Positions 20,453 to 30,797 of a stretch of DNA of 64,000 nucleotides are shown here, one piece after another. The notes under the pieces are model-generated. The model had not been told where the DNA came from and ran no database searches. It saw nothing but the letters and a program-made list of their open reading frames with translations. Both the position numbers and the translations under genes were made by a program. The stretch is taken from assembly GCA_965214705.1 (NCBI GenBank), contig CBDCCI010000002.1:1056001-1120000 (forward strand). Reading direction: 5' to 3'. The stretch comes from Alphaproteobacteria bacterium (GTDB lineage Bacteria > Pseudomonadota > Alphaproteobacteria > UBA828). Numbering within the stretch: the first letter of the stretch is position 1; every line of letters starts with the position of its first letter.

Positions 20453-21715
20453 GTGATCGCCGCCCTCGACATCGGCACGACCAAGGTGGCCTGCCTCCTC
20501 GCCCACCGCGACACCGAAGGCACGCTCGCCGTCGTCGGCAGTGGCCAGGAAGTCGCCGCCGGCCTGCACGCCGGCCGGGTCGTCGACATGGAAGCGGCGG
20601 AGGGTGCAATCCGCACCGCCGTCCATCGGGCCGAGCGGATGGCCGGCGAGAACGTCCGCAGCGTCTTCGTCGGCACGTCGGGCGGCGCGCCCAGCTCCAG
20701 CTTCGCCAATGTCGAGGTTGAGATCGGCGGGCGTGAGGTCACGGAGCACGACATCCAGCGCGCGTACGACCAGCTTCACGTGTCGGACGATGGGGGCGAG
20801 CGCGACATCGTGCACGCCGTGCCCATCGACTACGCCCTCGACGGAGCGCCCGGAATCAGGGACCCGCGCGGCATGTACGCGGACAGCCTCCAGGTGCGCT
20901 TGCACATGGTGAGCGTCGCCCACGGGAGCCTGCGCAATTTGCTGTCCTGCGTCTCCCGCTGCGATCTGCAGGTCGCCGCGCCGGTGGCCGCCGGCTACGC
21001 CTCGGGCCTCGCGTGTCTGGTCTCCGACGAGTTCGATCTGGGTGCCACCTGCATCGACATCGGTGGCGGCACGACCAAGCTCGCGATCTTCGGCGGCGGC
21101 AATCTGATGTGGACCGAGACGCTCCCCATCGGCGGGGATCACGTCACCAACGACATCGCGCAGGGGTTGTCGACACCGATCGCAAGCGCGGAGCGCATGA
21201 AGCGGCTGCACGGGAGCCCGGCGGACGAAACGGCGGACGGTAACGACAGCATCGAGGTGCCGGAGATCGGCCCTGAGAACGGCTGCGCCGGCTCCGTCCA
21301 CCATGTGCCGCGCTCGATGCTTACGCGAATCGTGCGCGCCCGCATGGAAGAAATCCTCGAATTCGCTCGCGCCCGCATCGAAGCGAGCGGGCTCGACAAG
21401 TGGTCGGGGAACCGCGTCGTCATCAGCGGCGGCGCAAGCCAGAGCTTCGCCATGGCCGAGCTCGCGAGCCGCATCCTCGACAAGCAGGTGCGGCTCGCTC
21501 GCCCGCTCTCACTCCCCGGTCTGGCGCAAGCCGTCTCGGGCCCCGAGTTCGCAACCAGTGCCGGCCTGCTCGTCTACGCAATGCGCAAGCACGCGGAGCC
21601 GTGGACCAAGTCCGCCCGTGACGAGTCGGTCGGGCGCTTCACGAACACCCTGTCGCACCTCGGCCGCTGGCTGAGGGGCAACTTCTCGGAACACACGGAT
21701 CAAAGAACACCGTAA
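20453..21715 (+). CDS. ftsA: Cell division protein FtsA
   Basis: [28 protein letters not shown]-terminal amphipathic LGRWLRGNF. In-frame start is GTG 20453 (see finding). Confidence 0.95.
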   Translation: MIAALDIGTTKVACLLAHRDTEGTLAVVGSGQEVAAGLHAGRVVDMEAAEGAIRTAVHRAERMAGENVRSVFVGTSGGAPSSSFANVEVEIGGREVTEHDIQRAYDQLHVSDDGGERDIVHAVPIDYALDGAPGIRDPRGMYADSLQVRLHMVSVAHGSLRNLLSCVSRCDLQVAAPVAAGYASGLACLVSDEFDLGATCIDIGGGTTKLAIFGGGNLMWTETLPIGGDHVTNDIAQGLSTPIASAERMKRLHGSPADETADGNDSIEVPEIGPENGCAGSVHHVPRSMLTRIVRARMEEILEFARARIEASGLDKWSGNRVVISGGASQSFAMAELASRILDKQVRLARPLSLPGLAQAVSGPEFATSAGLLVYAMRKHAEPWTKSARDESVGRFTNTLSHLGRWLRGNFSEHTDQRTP

Positions 21716-21726
21716 AGGAGGGCACC

Positions 21727-23694
21727 ATGACCATCGATTTCATGCCGGAGCGGCAACCGGAAAACCGACCGCGCATCACGGTCTTCGGAGTCGGCGGCGC
21801 TGGCGGCAATGCCGTCAACAACATGATCGCCGGCGAGCTGGAGGGCGTCGACTTCGTCGCCGCCAACACCGACGCGCAGTCGCTCTTCCAGTCGCTGTGC
21901 GAGAATCGTGTCCGCCTCGGTGTCAACATCACCCAGGGGCTGGGCGCCGGCGCACGCGCCGATATCGGCAAGGTGGCCGCGGAGGAAGCCCTCGACGATA
22001 TCCAGAGCTACCTGCAAGGGAACAACATGGTGTTCATCGCCGCCGGCATGGGCGGCGGCACCGGCACAGGTGCCGCGCCCGTGATCGCCCGCGCGGCGCG
22101 GGAGCACGGCATCCTCACCGTGGGCGTCGTCACCAAGCCCTTCCACTTCGAAGGCTCGCAGCGCATGCGGATCGCGGAGCGCGGCATTCAGGAACTCCAC
22201 CAGTACGTGGACACGCTGATCGTCATCCCGAACCAGAACTTGTTCTGCGTGGCGAGCGAGGACACCACCTTCGCGGACGCCTTCGGCATGGCCGACGACG
22301 TGCTGCACGCGGGCGTGCGTGGGGTCACCGATCTGATGGTCAATCCCGGCCTCATCAACCTCGATTTCGCCGACATCCGCACGGTGATGGGCACCATGGG
22401 CAAGGCGATGATGGGCACCGGGGAGGCCGAGGGCGAGAACCGCGCCACCGAAGCGGCCGAGGCGGCGATCAACAACCCGCTGCTCGACAATGCGTCGATC
22501 GAAGGGGCGCGCGGGGTGCTGATCAACGTCACCGGCGGCACCGATGTCACGCTCCACGAAGTGGATACGGCGGCATCGCGCATCTGCAAGCAGGTCGACG
22601 AAGAGGCCACCATCATCTTCGGCACCAGCCTCGATCAGAAGATGGACGGATATATGCGCGTTGCCGTGATCGCCACGGGAATCGATTCCGACGAGGTTCG
22701 CGCGCCGATCCCCGACTCCACCGACAACATCCACGTCCTCGGCTTTTCCGACCGCAAGGGCGCGAGCGGCGGTGGCTCCACGATGTCGGCGGCTGAGCCC
22801 GAGAAGGAAGCGGCTGAACCGGCAGCGGCACCGCCCTCCGCAGCGACCGGAACGGACGAGTCCGACCTTGTCATCCCGGTGGCCGAGGCGGTCGCGGAGT
22901 CGGCGGCGGTAGTCAGCGGCGGGACCCAGTCCGCGCCGGCAGTGTCCACCACGCCGCAGCCGTCGGCCTCTCCCAGCGCTCAGAACCCCGCGCCACCCGA
23001 GGCGCGGGCGAGGCAGGAGCACAGGGCGGTGGCGGCGAGCGCTTCCGGCGCCGTCGCGGCCCGGGCGACCGTCGCGACCGCCGAAGCGAAAGCCGAGCGA
23101 CCGGCGGCGCGGTTCACGCCGCCGGAAGCCAGGACGCCCGAGAAGAAGCCCAGCCTGCCACTCGACCGCCCAGCAACCGATCGCCAGCGGACCGAGCGTC
23201 CAGCAATCGAGCGTCCGGCGCCCTCACCCCGCCGTGTGGAAGGCAGCGATGCCACGCCGTCCGGCAGGCCCTCGCTCTTCGAGCGGATGACCGGCACCGG
23301 GCGGGCACGCCGGAATGGCGTTGAGGGTGAAACGTCTTCGACCGGCACGGCACCGCGCACGCCCACGTCGGCAGAGGCGAAGCCGGGTGGCCCGCAGAAG
23401 AGCGGTCCGGAGGCCCGGCTCCGTTCGGAGCCGTCGTCGCGCACCGAAAAGGCGCCGGCGCCCGGCGGCGGGACGCCAAAGCCGACTGCCTCGGCGCCAA
23501 CGCCCGCCCCGGCGCTGGGCGGTGAGACGAGCGGGGCACCGGCGCCGTCACCGACGCTGGGAAGCAATGCGCCCAAGGCCGCAGCGCCCACGCCCGGGCC
23601 GCTCCTCGACGGGTTTTCGCCCTCCAGCAGGGCGCCCGGCGGTACGGAGGACCCGCTCGACATTCCGGCGTTTCTCCGCCGTCAGGCAAACTGA
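21727..23694 (+). CDS. ftsZ: Cell division protein FtsZ with long C-terminal linker
   Basis: [29 protein letters not shown]-terminal [12 protein letters not shown]. Confidence 0.98.
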   Translation: MTIDFMPERQPENRPRITVFGVGGAGGNAVNNMIAGELEGVDFVAANTDAQSLFQSLCENRVRLGVNITQGLGAGARADIGKVAAEEALDDIQSYLQGNNMVFIAAGMGGGTGTGAAPVIARAAREHGILTVGVVTKPFHFEGSQRMRIAERGIQELHQYVDTLIVIPNQNLFCVASEDTTFADAFGMADDVLHAGVRGVTDLMVNPGLINLDFADIRTVMGTMGKAMMGTGEAEGENRATEAAEAAINNPLLDNASIEGARGVLINVTGGTDVTLHEVDTAASRICKQVDEEATIIFGTSLDQKMDGYMRVAVIATGIDSDEVRAPIPDSTDNIHVLGFSDRKGASGGGSTMSAAEPEKEAAEPAAAPPSAATGTDESDLVIPVAEAVAESAAVVSGGTQSAPAVSTTPQPSASPSAQNPAPPEARARQEHRAVAASASGAVAARATVATAEAKAERPAARFTPPEARTPEKKPSLPLDRPATDRQRTERPAIERPAPSPRRVEGSDATPSGRPSLFERMTGTGRARRNGVEGETSSTGTAPRTPTSAEAKPGGPQKSGPEARLRSEPSSRTEKAPAPGGGTPKPTASAPTPAPALGGETSGAPAPSPTLGSNAPKAAAPTPGPLLDGFSPSSRAPGGTEDPLDIPAFLRRQAN

Positions 23695-23936
23695 ACGGGG
23701 TGTTAGGCCAGATGAACAGAAGAAAAGGACTGTAACATCTCGTAACAAACAGTGATTTGCTCGCTTGTGGCGCGTTTGTCAGGATTGTTCCCGATCGAGA
23801 TCGCCGCTTCCTCTCGCGGCTAGGTCGAGCCCGGCTGGCAAACGCGCCACATGCCTTGGCAAGACCGGCAAGACGAAGGGGCGGCGATCCGGCGTGAATG
23901 GCCAAGGGAGCGCCCCGCGCCCATAACAATAGACTG

Positions 23937-24851
23937 ATGATCCCGCAGCAAACCCTCAAATCGGCTATTCACTGCGCCGGCATCGGCGTCCACGGCAACC
24001 GCAAGGTGCGCATGGAGTTGCGCCCGGCGCCGCCCGGCACCGGCATCGTCTTCTGCCGCACCGACCGGCCGGCGGGCTCCGATCGGACGATCGAGGCGGT
24101 CTACGGCAACGTCGTCGACGCGGCGCTCTGTACGGCGATCGGCACCGGCACGGTCTCGGTCCGGACCATCGAACACCTCATGGCTGCCTTCGCCGGCTGC
24201 GGCATCGACAATGCAGTGGTCGAGCTGGATGGCGAGGAGGTTCCCGCGATGGACGGGAGCGCCGCGCCGTTCGTCTTCCTTATCGAGTGCGCCGGCATCG
24301 TCGAGCAATGCGCGCCCAGGCGCATGATCGAAGTTCTCAAGCCGGTCAGTCTCGGCGACGACAACCGGTATATCAGCGTGACTCCATCGGATACGTTCTC
24401 CATTCGCTGCGATATCGACTTCGACCATCCAGCGCTGGGCTATCAGTCGGTCGTCTTCGATCCGCTGCACACCAGCTTCCGCACCGAGCTCGCACGGGCC
24501 CGGACCTTCTGCCGGGAGTCGGACGTGGCAGGCATCCTCGCCGCCGGCATGGGCCAGGGCGGATCTCTGGAGAACACTGTGGTCATCGGCGACGATGGCC
24601 CCCTCAATGAGGACGGGCTGCGCTATGACGATGAGTGCGCGCGCCACAAGGCGCTCGACCTCATCGGCGACCTTTACCTCGCTGGCGCGCCGATCATCGG
24701 CCATGTCCGCTGTCTGCGCTCCGGCCACGGCATGAATCACGCGCTCCTCTCCGCCCTGCTGGACGATCCCGGCGCGTGGCGCCTCGTCGGTGATGAGGGG
24801 GATGCGGCTTACGGAGAACCGGACCGCGAACCGGTTGCCGCCATCGCCTGA
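23937..24851 (+). CDS. lpxC: UDP-3-O-acyl-GlcNAc deacetylase
   Basis: QQTLK...GIGVH, TIEHLMAA, MDGSA, ARTF, RHKALDLIGDL, GH. Confidence 0.96.
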   Translation: MIPQQTLKSAIHCAGIGVHGNRKVRMELRPAPPGTGIVFCRTDRPAGSDRTIEAVYGNVVDAALCTAIGTGTVSVRTIEHLMAAFAGCGIDNAVVELDGEEVPAMDGSAAPFVFLIECAGIVEQCAPRRMIEVLKPVSLGDDNRYISVTPSDTFSIRCDIDFDHPALGYQSVVFDPLHTSFRTELARARTFCRESDVAGILAAGMGQGGSLENTVVIGDDGPLNEDGLRYDDECARHKALDLIGDLYLAGAPIIGHVRCLRSGHGMNHALLSALLDDPGAWRLVGDEGDAAYGEPDREPVAAIA

Positions 24852-25000
24852 ACAGATGCCGCTCGAATGGCGGCGCTGCACGGCTAATTCCACTCCCGAC
24901 ATTCGACATTAGTATTGAGACTCCGACGCGCGCGGCCTGCGCCCGCGGACGGGGGTCGTTTGCCACCAACGCGCGAAAGCCAACGAATGGAGGAGCGACA

Positions 25001-26008
25001 GTGAGAGCCTGGGAGCTCGGCGCGCAACAGGGCAGCGTGGACAGCCTGCGGATGGTCGAACGCCCCGATCCTGCACCGGCAGCGGGCGAGGCGCTGGTCA
25101 GAATTCGGGCGAGCGCGCTCAACTACCGCGATCACATGATCCTCAACCTGATCGACAGCGCGCCCAAGCCCGCGCACCGGATCCCGCTGAGCGACGGCGC
25201 CGGCGAGGTCGTGGCGGTGGGCGCCGGTGTGGATCGGGTCAAGCCCGGCGACCGGGTGATGGCGAGCCTCTTCACGAGCTGGCTCGACGGCCCGCTGCGG
25301 CCTTCTCATTTCGGCAGCGACCTCGGCGGCGGGTGCGACGGGACGCTGGCTGAGCTCGCCGCCTTTCCGGCATCGTCGCTCGTCTCGGTCCCGGACTCGC
25401 TCAGCGACGAAGAGGCCGCCTGCCTCCCTTGCGCCGGGCTTACCGCCTGGGTCTCACTGGTCGAGTTCGGGCAGATGAAGGCGGGCGACACGGTGCTGTT
25501 GCTCGGCACCGGCGGCGTCTCCATCTTCGGCCTTCAAATCGCGCGTATGATGGGGGCGGACGCGGTTATCACCTCGTCGAACGACGAGAAACTCGCCCGC
25601 GCCCGTGCGCTGGGCGCGACCCACGGCATCAACTACGTGGACGATCCGAACTGGGGCCAGACCGTCGCCGAGCTCACCGGGGGCGCCGATCTCATCATCG
25701 AGACCGGTGGCGCCGCCACGCTCGCCCAGAGCATCGAGGCTGCCGCCTTCCAGGCGCGCATCGCGCTGATCGGCATGCTGGGCGGGGTCGGCATCGAGAA
25801 CGACCCGCTCGCGCTGATCTGGAAGAACGTCCACCTCAAGGGCATTCTGGTGGGCAACCGGCGCGAATTGGATGAGATGACCAGGGCGATTGATCGCAAC
25901 GGGCTCAAGCCCGTGATCGACCGGCGCTTTCCCTTTGCCGAGGCTCCCGCCGCCTACCGCTACCTCGCCTCAGGCGCACACTTCGGCAAGATCGTGATTA
26001 CCCACTAA
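25001..26008 (+). CDS. Medium-chain (zinc-type ADH-like) NAD(P)-dependent oxidoreductase
   Basis: LNYRD, IPLSDGAGEV, LPCAGLTAW, GTGGVSIFGLQ, HFGKIVI; strong GGAGG SD. Confidence 0.88.
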   Translation: MRAWELGAQQGSVDSLRMVERPDPAPAAGEALVRIRASALNYRDHMILNLIDSAPKPAHRIPLSDGAGEVVAVGAGVDRVKPGDRVMASLFTSWLDGPLRPSHFGSDLGGGCDGTLAELAAFPASSLVSVPDSLSDEEAACLPCAGLTAWVSLVEFGQMKAGDTVLLLGTGGVSIFGLQIARMMGADAVITSSNDEKLARARALGATHGINYVDDPNWGQTVAELTGGADLIIETGGAATLAQSIEAAAFQARIALIGMLGGVGIENDPLALIWKNVHLKGILVGNRRELDEMTRAIDRNGLKPVIDRRFPFAEAPAAYRYLASGAHFGKIVITH

Positions 26009-26036
26009 GGGACACCGGGGGCAGCCCCAGTGCCCC
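26008..26036. terminator. Hairpin between convergent genes (possible terminator)
   Basis: Imperfect inverted repeat GGGACAC-CGGGG...CCCC-AGTGCCCC between two convergent stop codons; no clear U tract. Confidence 0.35.
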
Positions 26037-26037
26037 G

Positions 26038-26484
26038 TCAATAGGTGTTCAGCTTCTCGAGGTTGGTCTTCCGCAGCTCGTCCTCGGTCAGGCCGAGGTC
26101 GTAGGCCGGCGAGAGGATCAGCTCGGCCGCCGTCACGGCGATCCTCACGTAGGCGCCCATGCGGGGCCGGTACGGGCCCCACGTGGCCTCGAAGGCGTCG
26201 TCGAGCGCGGCGTCGGCCTCGCCCCGGCGAACGATGGCGGCCGTGCCCGTCACCCGCACCGCCCTGCGGGTGACGACGTCGGTAAAGCAGACCTCGATCG
26301 CAGGATTGCGGCGCAAGTTCGCGACCGTTCCCGGCGAGCGGATATGGCCGAAGGCGAGGGTGCGGTCGTCCAGAATCACGAACGTTGCCTTGGGCGAGAC
26401 CGCCGGCGTGCCGTCAGCATTCACCGTCGCGACGGCGCCGGCAGAAAATCGCCGGATCAGCGTCTGCATCTCGTCGGTCAGCAT
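26038..26484 (-). CDS. Pyridoxamine 5'-phosphate oxidase-like FMN-binding protein
   Basis: MLTDEM...VATVNADGTPAVSPKAT...RSPGTVANLRRNPAIEV, split-barrel signature. Confidence 0.82.
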   Translation of the reverse strand: MLTDEMQTLIRRFSAGAVATVNADGTPAVSPKATFVILDDRTLAFGHIRSPGTVANLRRNPAIEVCFTDVVTRRAVRVTGTAAIVRRGEADAALDDAFEATWGPYRPRMGAYVRIAVTAAELILSPAYDLGLTEDELRKTNLEKLNTY

Positions 26485-26507
26485 CGTGCCATCTCCACTG
26501 GCGGGAC

Positions 26508-26975
26508 CTACGGATTCGCGCCCCAGTCCGGGTCGTCGCTGGGCGCCGCCGGAATCTCGCCGGCGAGCAAACCTTTGCCCGGAATATGGTTGATCTCCAG
26601 GCGAATGCCATCGGGATCCTCGAAGACCACGAAGTAGTAGCCGGGCGCCCACTCCCGCTCCATCGGCCCGCGGTCGATCACAGCCCCCATCGTGCGCAGC
26701 TTCTCCGCCGCCTTGTCGACGTCCTCGCGCGAACGCGCACGCAGGCACAGATGGTGCAGCCCCACCCGGCTCTGCACGAAACGCTCGCCCTCATGCTCCG
26801 GCGCCGCGCGCTGGATGCCGAGCGCGGTACGCCCGCCCACGTGATAGACGAAGTGGTTGCCGTCGAAGACCTTGTGCATACCGAGGAAGGGCAGCAGCTC
26901 GCAGTAGAACGCCCGCGCCTCGTCGAAGCGGCTCACGGTGAGCACGACGTGGGCCATGCCGTTGATCTCGATCAT
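26508..26975 (-). CDS. VOC/glyoxalase family protein
   Basis: GMAHVVLTV...FY, GLHHLCLRARSREDVD, GYYFVVFEDPDGIRLE. Confidence 0.88.
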   Translation of the reverse strand: MIEINGMAHVVLTVSRFDEARAFYCELLPFLGMHKVFDGNHFVYHVGGRTALGIQRAAPEHEGERFVQSRVGLHHLCLRARSREDVDKAAEKLRTMGAVIDRGPMEREWAPGYYFVVFEDPDGIRLEINHIPGKGLLAGEIPAAPSDDPDWGANP

Positions 26976-27053
26976 CGGGTTCCTCTGGATCGGCTATCGA
27001 CGTGAAGCCGGGGCGGTCGGCACCGCTCAGCACCGCGATCACCGGTCTTTCGA

Positions 27054-28109
27054 TCAGGCGGCCTTGGATCCCAGCGGTTGACCGCCGCCGAGGCGGTTGA
27101 AGACGGCGAGCGATTCCTCGATCAGCGCCCGTTCCAACCCGCGCACGATGAAGACCACGCGGGATTGACGGCTCTCGTCCGGCCAGGCGTCGAGATGCAT
27201 CGGTGGGTGAATAATGTGCTGCACGCCGTTGATGACGATCGGCGTGCCCACGCCCTCGACGTTCAGCAGACCCTTCACCCGCAGGATGTTCTCCCCGTGA
27301 GTGTGCAGCAGCATGGTGAGCCAGATGCCGAAGGCGGTCCAATCCACCGGCTCGTCATGGATCAGGCAGAACGAGTAGATGCTGGCGTCGTGCCGGTTGA
27401 CGTCGTGAACGTGGCCGTGTGCGTGGGGGGCCGCCGTCTCCGCTTCGATCCAGCGCAGCACTTCCTGGCCCTTTTCGGCGGGGTCGTAAACATCGGCGCG
27501 GAGCACGCGCTCCACATCGACCTCGCCATGCCGCCCGATCAGGAATTCGGCGGACGGGTTGATCCGGTCGAGTCGTTGCCTCAGCGTCTCGACCGCCTCG
27601 GCTTCCGCGATATCGGTCTTGGTCAGCACGATGCGATCCGCCACCGCTGCCTGCTTGAGCGATTCCTCCTGGCGGTCGAGCTGATCGAGGCCGTTCACGG
27701 CATCGACCGTGGTGATGATCGTGCCGAGCCGGTAGTGGTAGCGGAGCGACACGTCGTTCATCAGCGTCGCGAGGATCGGCGCGGGGTCGGCAAGCCCGGT
27801 GGTCTCCACGATCATGCGGCGGTAGGGCGGCACGAGGCCGCGCGCACGCTTGTCGTGGACCTCCGTGATCGCCTGCTTGAGGTCGTCGCGGATGGTGCAG
27901 CAGAGGCAGCCGCTGGAAAGAAGGACCGTGCTCTCGTCCACGGTTTCGACGAGCTGGTGGTCGATGCCGATCTCGCCGAACTCGTTGATGAGGACCGCTG
28001 CGTCGTCGAGCGAGGGATGCTTCAAGAGCTGGTTGAGCAGCGTCGTCTTGCCGCTGCCCAGGAAGCCCGTCAGCACGATAATCGGCGTCAGTTCCGTGTA
28101 GGCGCTCAG
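27054..28109 (-). CDS. COG0523/CobW-family G3E metallochaperone GTPase
   Basis: TGFLGSGKTT, INEFGEIGID, GCLCC, ETTGLADP, TKTD, short His tract, LRVKG CobW_C domain. Start probably CTG 28109 (see finding). Confidence 0.9.
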   Translation of the reverse strand: MSAYTELTPIIVLTGFLGSGKTTLLNQLLKHPSLDDAAVLINEFGEIGIDHQLVETVDESTVLLSSGCLCCTIRDDLKQAITEVHDKRARGLVPPYRRMIVETTGLADPAPILATLMNDVSLRYHYRLGTIITTVDAVNGLDQLDRQEESLKQAAVADRIVLTKTDIAEAEAVETLRQRLDRINPSAEFLIGRHGEVDVERVLRADVYDPAEKGQEVLRWIEAETAAPHAHGHVHDVNRHDASIYSFCLIHDEPVDWTAFGIWLTMLLHTHGENILRVKGLLNVEGVGTPIVINGVQHIIHPPMHLDAWPDESRQSRVVFIVRGLERALIEESLAVFNRLGGGQPLGSKAA

Positions 28110-28153
28110 CGTGGTCTCTCCTGCATGGCCTCGCTACGGGGCGGGCGGCCCTG

Positions 28154-29038
28154 TCAGGCCGCGTCCTCGGCCGCGACGCTGCCCTTGCGCCGGTGGCGCT
28201 TCGCCTCGTCGGCGACCGCGGATGCATCGGCATCGTAGACAAGGCGGTCGGCGCCCGCGAGCGCGACGAAGCGCTTGCCGCGCGCGCGGCCGATCAGCGT
28301 GAGATTGGCCTGGCGGGCGAGCTCGACCCCCCACGCGGTGAAGCCCGAGCGCGAGATCAGGATCGGGATGCCCATGGTCACCGTCTTGATCACCATCTCG
28401 CTGGTGAGCCTCCCGGTGGTGTACATGATCTTGCCGGAGGTCCCGATTCCGTTCTGGAACATGTAGCCCGCGATCTTGTCGATGGCGTTGTGGCGGCCGA
28501 CATCCTCCATGTAGATGAGCGGCCGCGACTCTTCGCAGAGCACGCAGCCGTGGATGGCGCCAGCCGCGAGGTAGAGGCTTGGCTGCATGTTGATGGCCCG
28601 GCTCAGCGCATAGAGCCAGGAGGTCTTGAGGCGGGCATCCGGGTCCAGCACGGTCGCCTCGAAGCGCTCCATCAGGTCGCCAAACACCGTGCCCTGGGCG
28701 CAACCCGAGGTGAGCGTCTTCTTGCGCAGCGTCTCTTCGAAGTCGGTCTCGCGCCGGGTGCGAACGACGACCGTCTCGATGTCTTCGTCGTACTCGACGC
28801 CGGTTACCTCGTCGTCGTGGCGCAGCATGTTCTGGTTGAGCAGATAACCCAAAGCCAGATACTCCGGGTAGTCGCGGATCGTCATCACCGTGACGATCTC
28901 CTGTCCGTTGAGGAAGAGCGTCAGCGGCCGTTCCTCGACGACGCGAGCCTCGATCGCCGCGCCGTCCTGATCAACGCCGTCGAGCAGGCGCGTGAGATGC
29001 CCGTCGTCCGGGTCCGGCTTGACCACGAATGTTCGCAT
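28154..29038 (-). CDS. fdhD: Formate dehydrogenase accessory sulfurtransferase FdhD
   Basis: EERPLTLFLN, TSGCAQG, AIHGC, EDVGRHNAIDK, TTGRLTSEMV. Confidence 0.93.
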   Translation of the reverse strand: MRTFVVKPDPDDGHLTRLLDGVDQDGAAIEARVVEERPLTLFLNGQEIVTVMTIRDYPEYLALGYLLNQNMLRHDDEVTGVEYDEDIETVVVRTRRETDFEETLRKKTLTSGCAQGTVFGDLMERFEATVLDPDARLKTSWLYALSRAINMQPSLYLAAGAIHGCVLCEESRPLIYMEDVGRHNAIDKIAGYMFQNGIGTSGKIMYTTGRLTSEMVIKTVTMGIPILISRSGFTAWGVELARQANLTLIGRARGKRFVALAGADRLVYDADASAVADEAKRHRRKGSVAAEDAA

Positions 29039-29147
29039 GGGGCGCAGGGTGCCACGGCCTTGCGCCGGGTTCCAGAACCCTGCACCCGGCTCCTATTCCC
29101 GCAGGACTCTGCGATACTAGTCAGGATAGCGGTGGAGTCGCCGACTC

Positions 29148-30584
29148 ATGACACGCAAGACATCCCCGGCCGCGCCGCCGACGCCCGAGGCAGGCGAGGC
29201 GAACGCGCCCAACCGCATGTGGGGCGGCCGGTTCGAGGCATCGCCCGACGAGGTGATGGAGGCGATCAACGCGTCCATCGACTTCGACCGCCGCCTCTAT
29301 GCCGAGGACATCGCGGGCTCGATCGCGCACGTGACCATGCTGGCCAAGCAGGGGATCGTCTCGCGGGAGGACGCGGACGCGATCGCGGACGGTCTGCGCC
29401 GGGTTCAGGCGGAAATCGAGGCCGGTGGCTTTCCCTTCGACCGGGCGCTCGAAGACATTCACATGAACATCGAGGCCCGGCTCGCCGCCTTGATCGGCCC
29501 GGCTGCCGGGCGCCTGCACACCGCACGCTCGCGCAACGACCAGGTTGCCACCGACCTGCGCCTCTGGCTGCGCGCGCGTCTCGACCAGGCCGACGCGGCA
29601 TGCCGGGGCCTTCAGGCCGCGCTCATCGACCGGGCGGAGGAGCACACGGCCACGGTCATGCCGGGCTTCACCCATCTTCAGGTGGCGCAGCCGGTTTCCT
29701 TCGGCCATCACCTCCTGGCCTACGTCGAGATGATCGGGCGGGACCGCGGGCGCCTTGCCGACTGCCGCAAGCGACTCAACGAATCGCCCCTCGGTGCCGC
29801 CGCGCTCGCCGGGACCTCGTTTCCCATCGACCGGGCCATGACCGCCGAGCTGCTCGGCTTCGACCGGCCGGCGGCCAACTCCATCGACGCGGTCTCCGAC
29901 CGCGACTTCGTGGTAGAGGCGCTGGCGGCGGCATCGCTGATCGCGATGCACCTCTCGCGCTTCGCGGAGGAGCTAGTGCTCTGGTCGAGCGCGCAGTTCG
30001 GCTTCGTCGCGCTCTCGGACCGCTTCTCGACCGGCAGCTCGATCATGCCGCAGAAGCGCAACCCGGACGCCGCCGAGCTGGTGCGCGGCAAGTCCGGGCG
30101 CATCGTCGGCGCGCTGATCGCCTTGCTGACCATGATGAAGGGCCTCGTACTCACCTATTCGAAGGACATGCAGGAGGACAAGGAGCCGCTCTTCGATGCC
30201 TTCGATTCCCTCGCACTCTGCCTCGCGGCGGCGACCGGCATGGTGCGCGACATGACCGTGAATGCGGACGCGATGGCGCGCGCCGCCGGCACCGGCCACG
30301 CGACCGCCACCGACCTTGCCGACTGGCTGGTGCAGGAGGCCGGCGTTCCGTTCCGCGAGGCCCACGCGATCACCGGGCGGATCGTGAAGCTCGCGGATGA
30401 GAAGGGTTGCGAACTCAAGGATTTGGCGCTCGCCGACCTGCAGGCCATCGAGCCGCGGATTACCGCCGACGTGGTGGCATTGCTCGACCCCGCCACGGCC
30501 ATCGCGCGCCGCACCAGCGAGGGCGGCACCGCACCCAGCGAGGTCGCAAAACAGGTTGCCCGCGCCCGGCAGCGTTTCCTATAG
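29148..30584 (+). CDS. argH: Argininosuccinate lyase
   Basis: [46 protein letters not shown]. Confidence 0.97.
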   Translation: MTRKTSPAAPPTPEAGEANAPNRMWGGRFEASPDEVMEAINASIDFDRRLYAEDIAGSIAHVTMLAKQGIVSREDADAIADGLRRVQAEIEAGGFPFDRALEDIHMNIEARLAALIGPAAGRLHTARSRNDQVATDLRLWLRARLDQADAACRGLQAALIDRAEEHTATVMPGFTHLQVAQPVSFGHHLLAYVEMIGRDRGRLADCRKRLNESPLGAAALAGTSFPIDRAMTAELLGFDRPAANSIDAVSDRDFVVEALAAASLIAMHLSRFAEELVLWSSAQFGFVALSDRFSTGSSIMPQKRNPDAAELVRGKSGRIVGALIALLTMMKGLVLTYSKDMQEDKEPLFDAFDSLALCLAAATGMVRDMTVNADAMARAAGTGHATATDLADWLVQEAGVPFREAHAITGRIVKLADEKGCELKDLALADLQAIEPRITADVVALLDPATAIARRTSEGGTAPSEVAKQVARARQRFL

Positions 30585-30632
30585 AAGCGCGCCCCGGCCG
30601 GTTTGCCGGGGCCGCTCGGAGGGCCGGATCAC

Positions 30633-30785
30633 ATGATACGCAAGCTCAGCCTTCTGATGACGATCATCGCCGCGATCGGCTTGGTCGTGGCGCTCTCGAG
30701 CTGCGGCAGAAAGGGGCCGCTTGAGCCCCCGCCCGCCGAGGCTCACTTGCTGCCCCCAGCCGCACCTGCCACGTACCAAGCCTGA
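30633..30785 (+). CDS. lptM: Small lipoprotein (LptM/LppL/YifL family)
   Basis: Lipobox LSSC followed by GRKGPLEPPP, in the conserved position between argH and lysA. Confidence 0.8.
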   Translation: MIRKLSLLMTIIAAIGLVVALSSCGRKGPLEPPPAEAHLLPPAAPATYQA

Positions 30786-30797
30786 CGGGCGCCTGAC

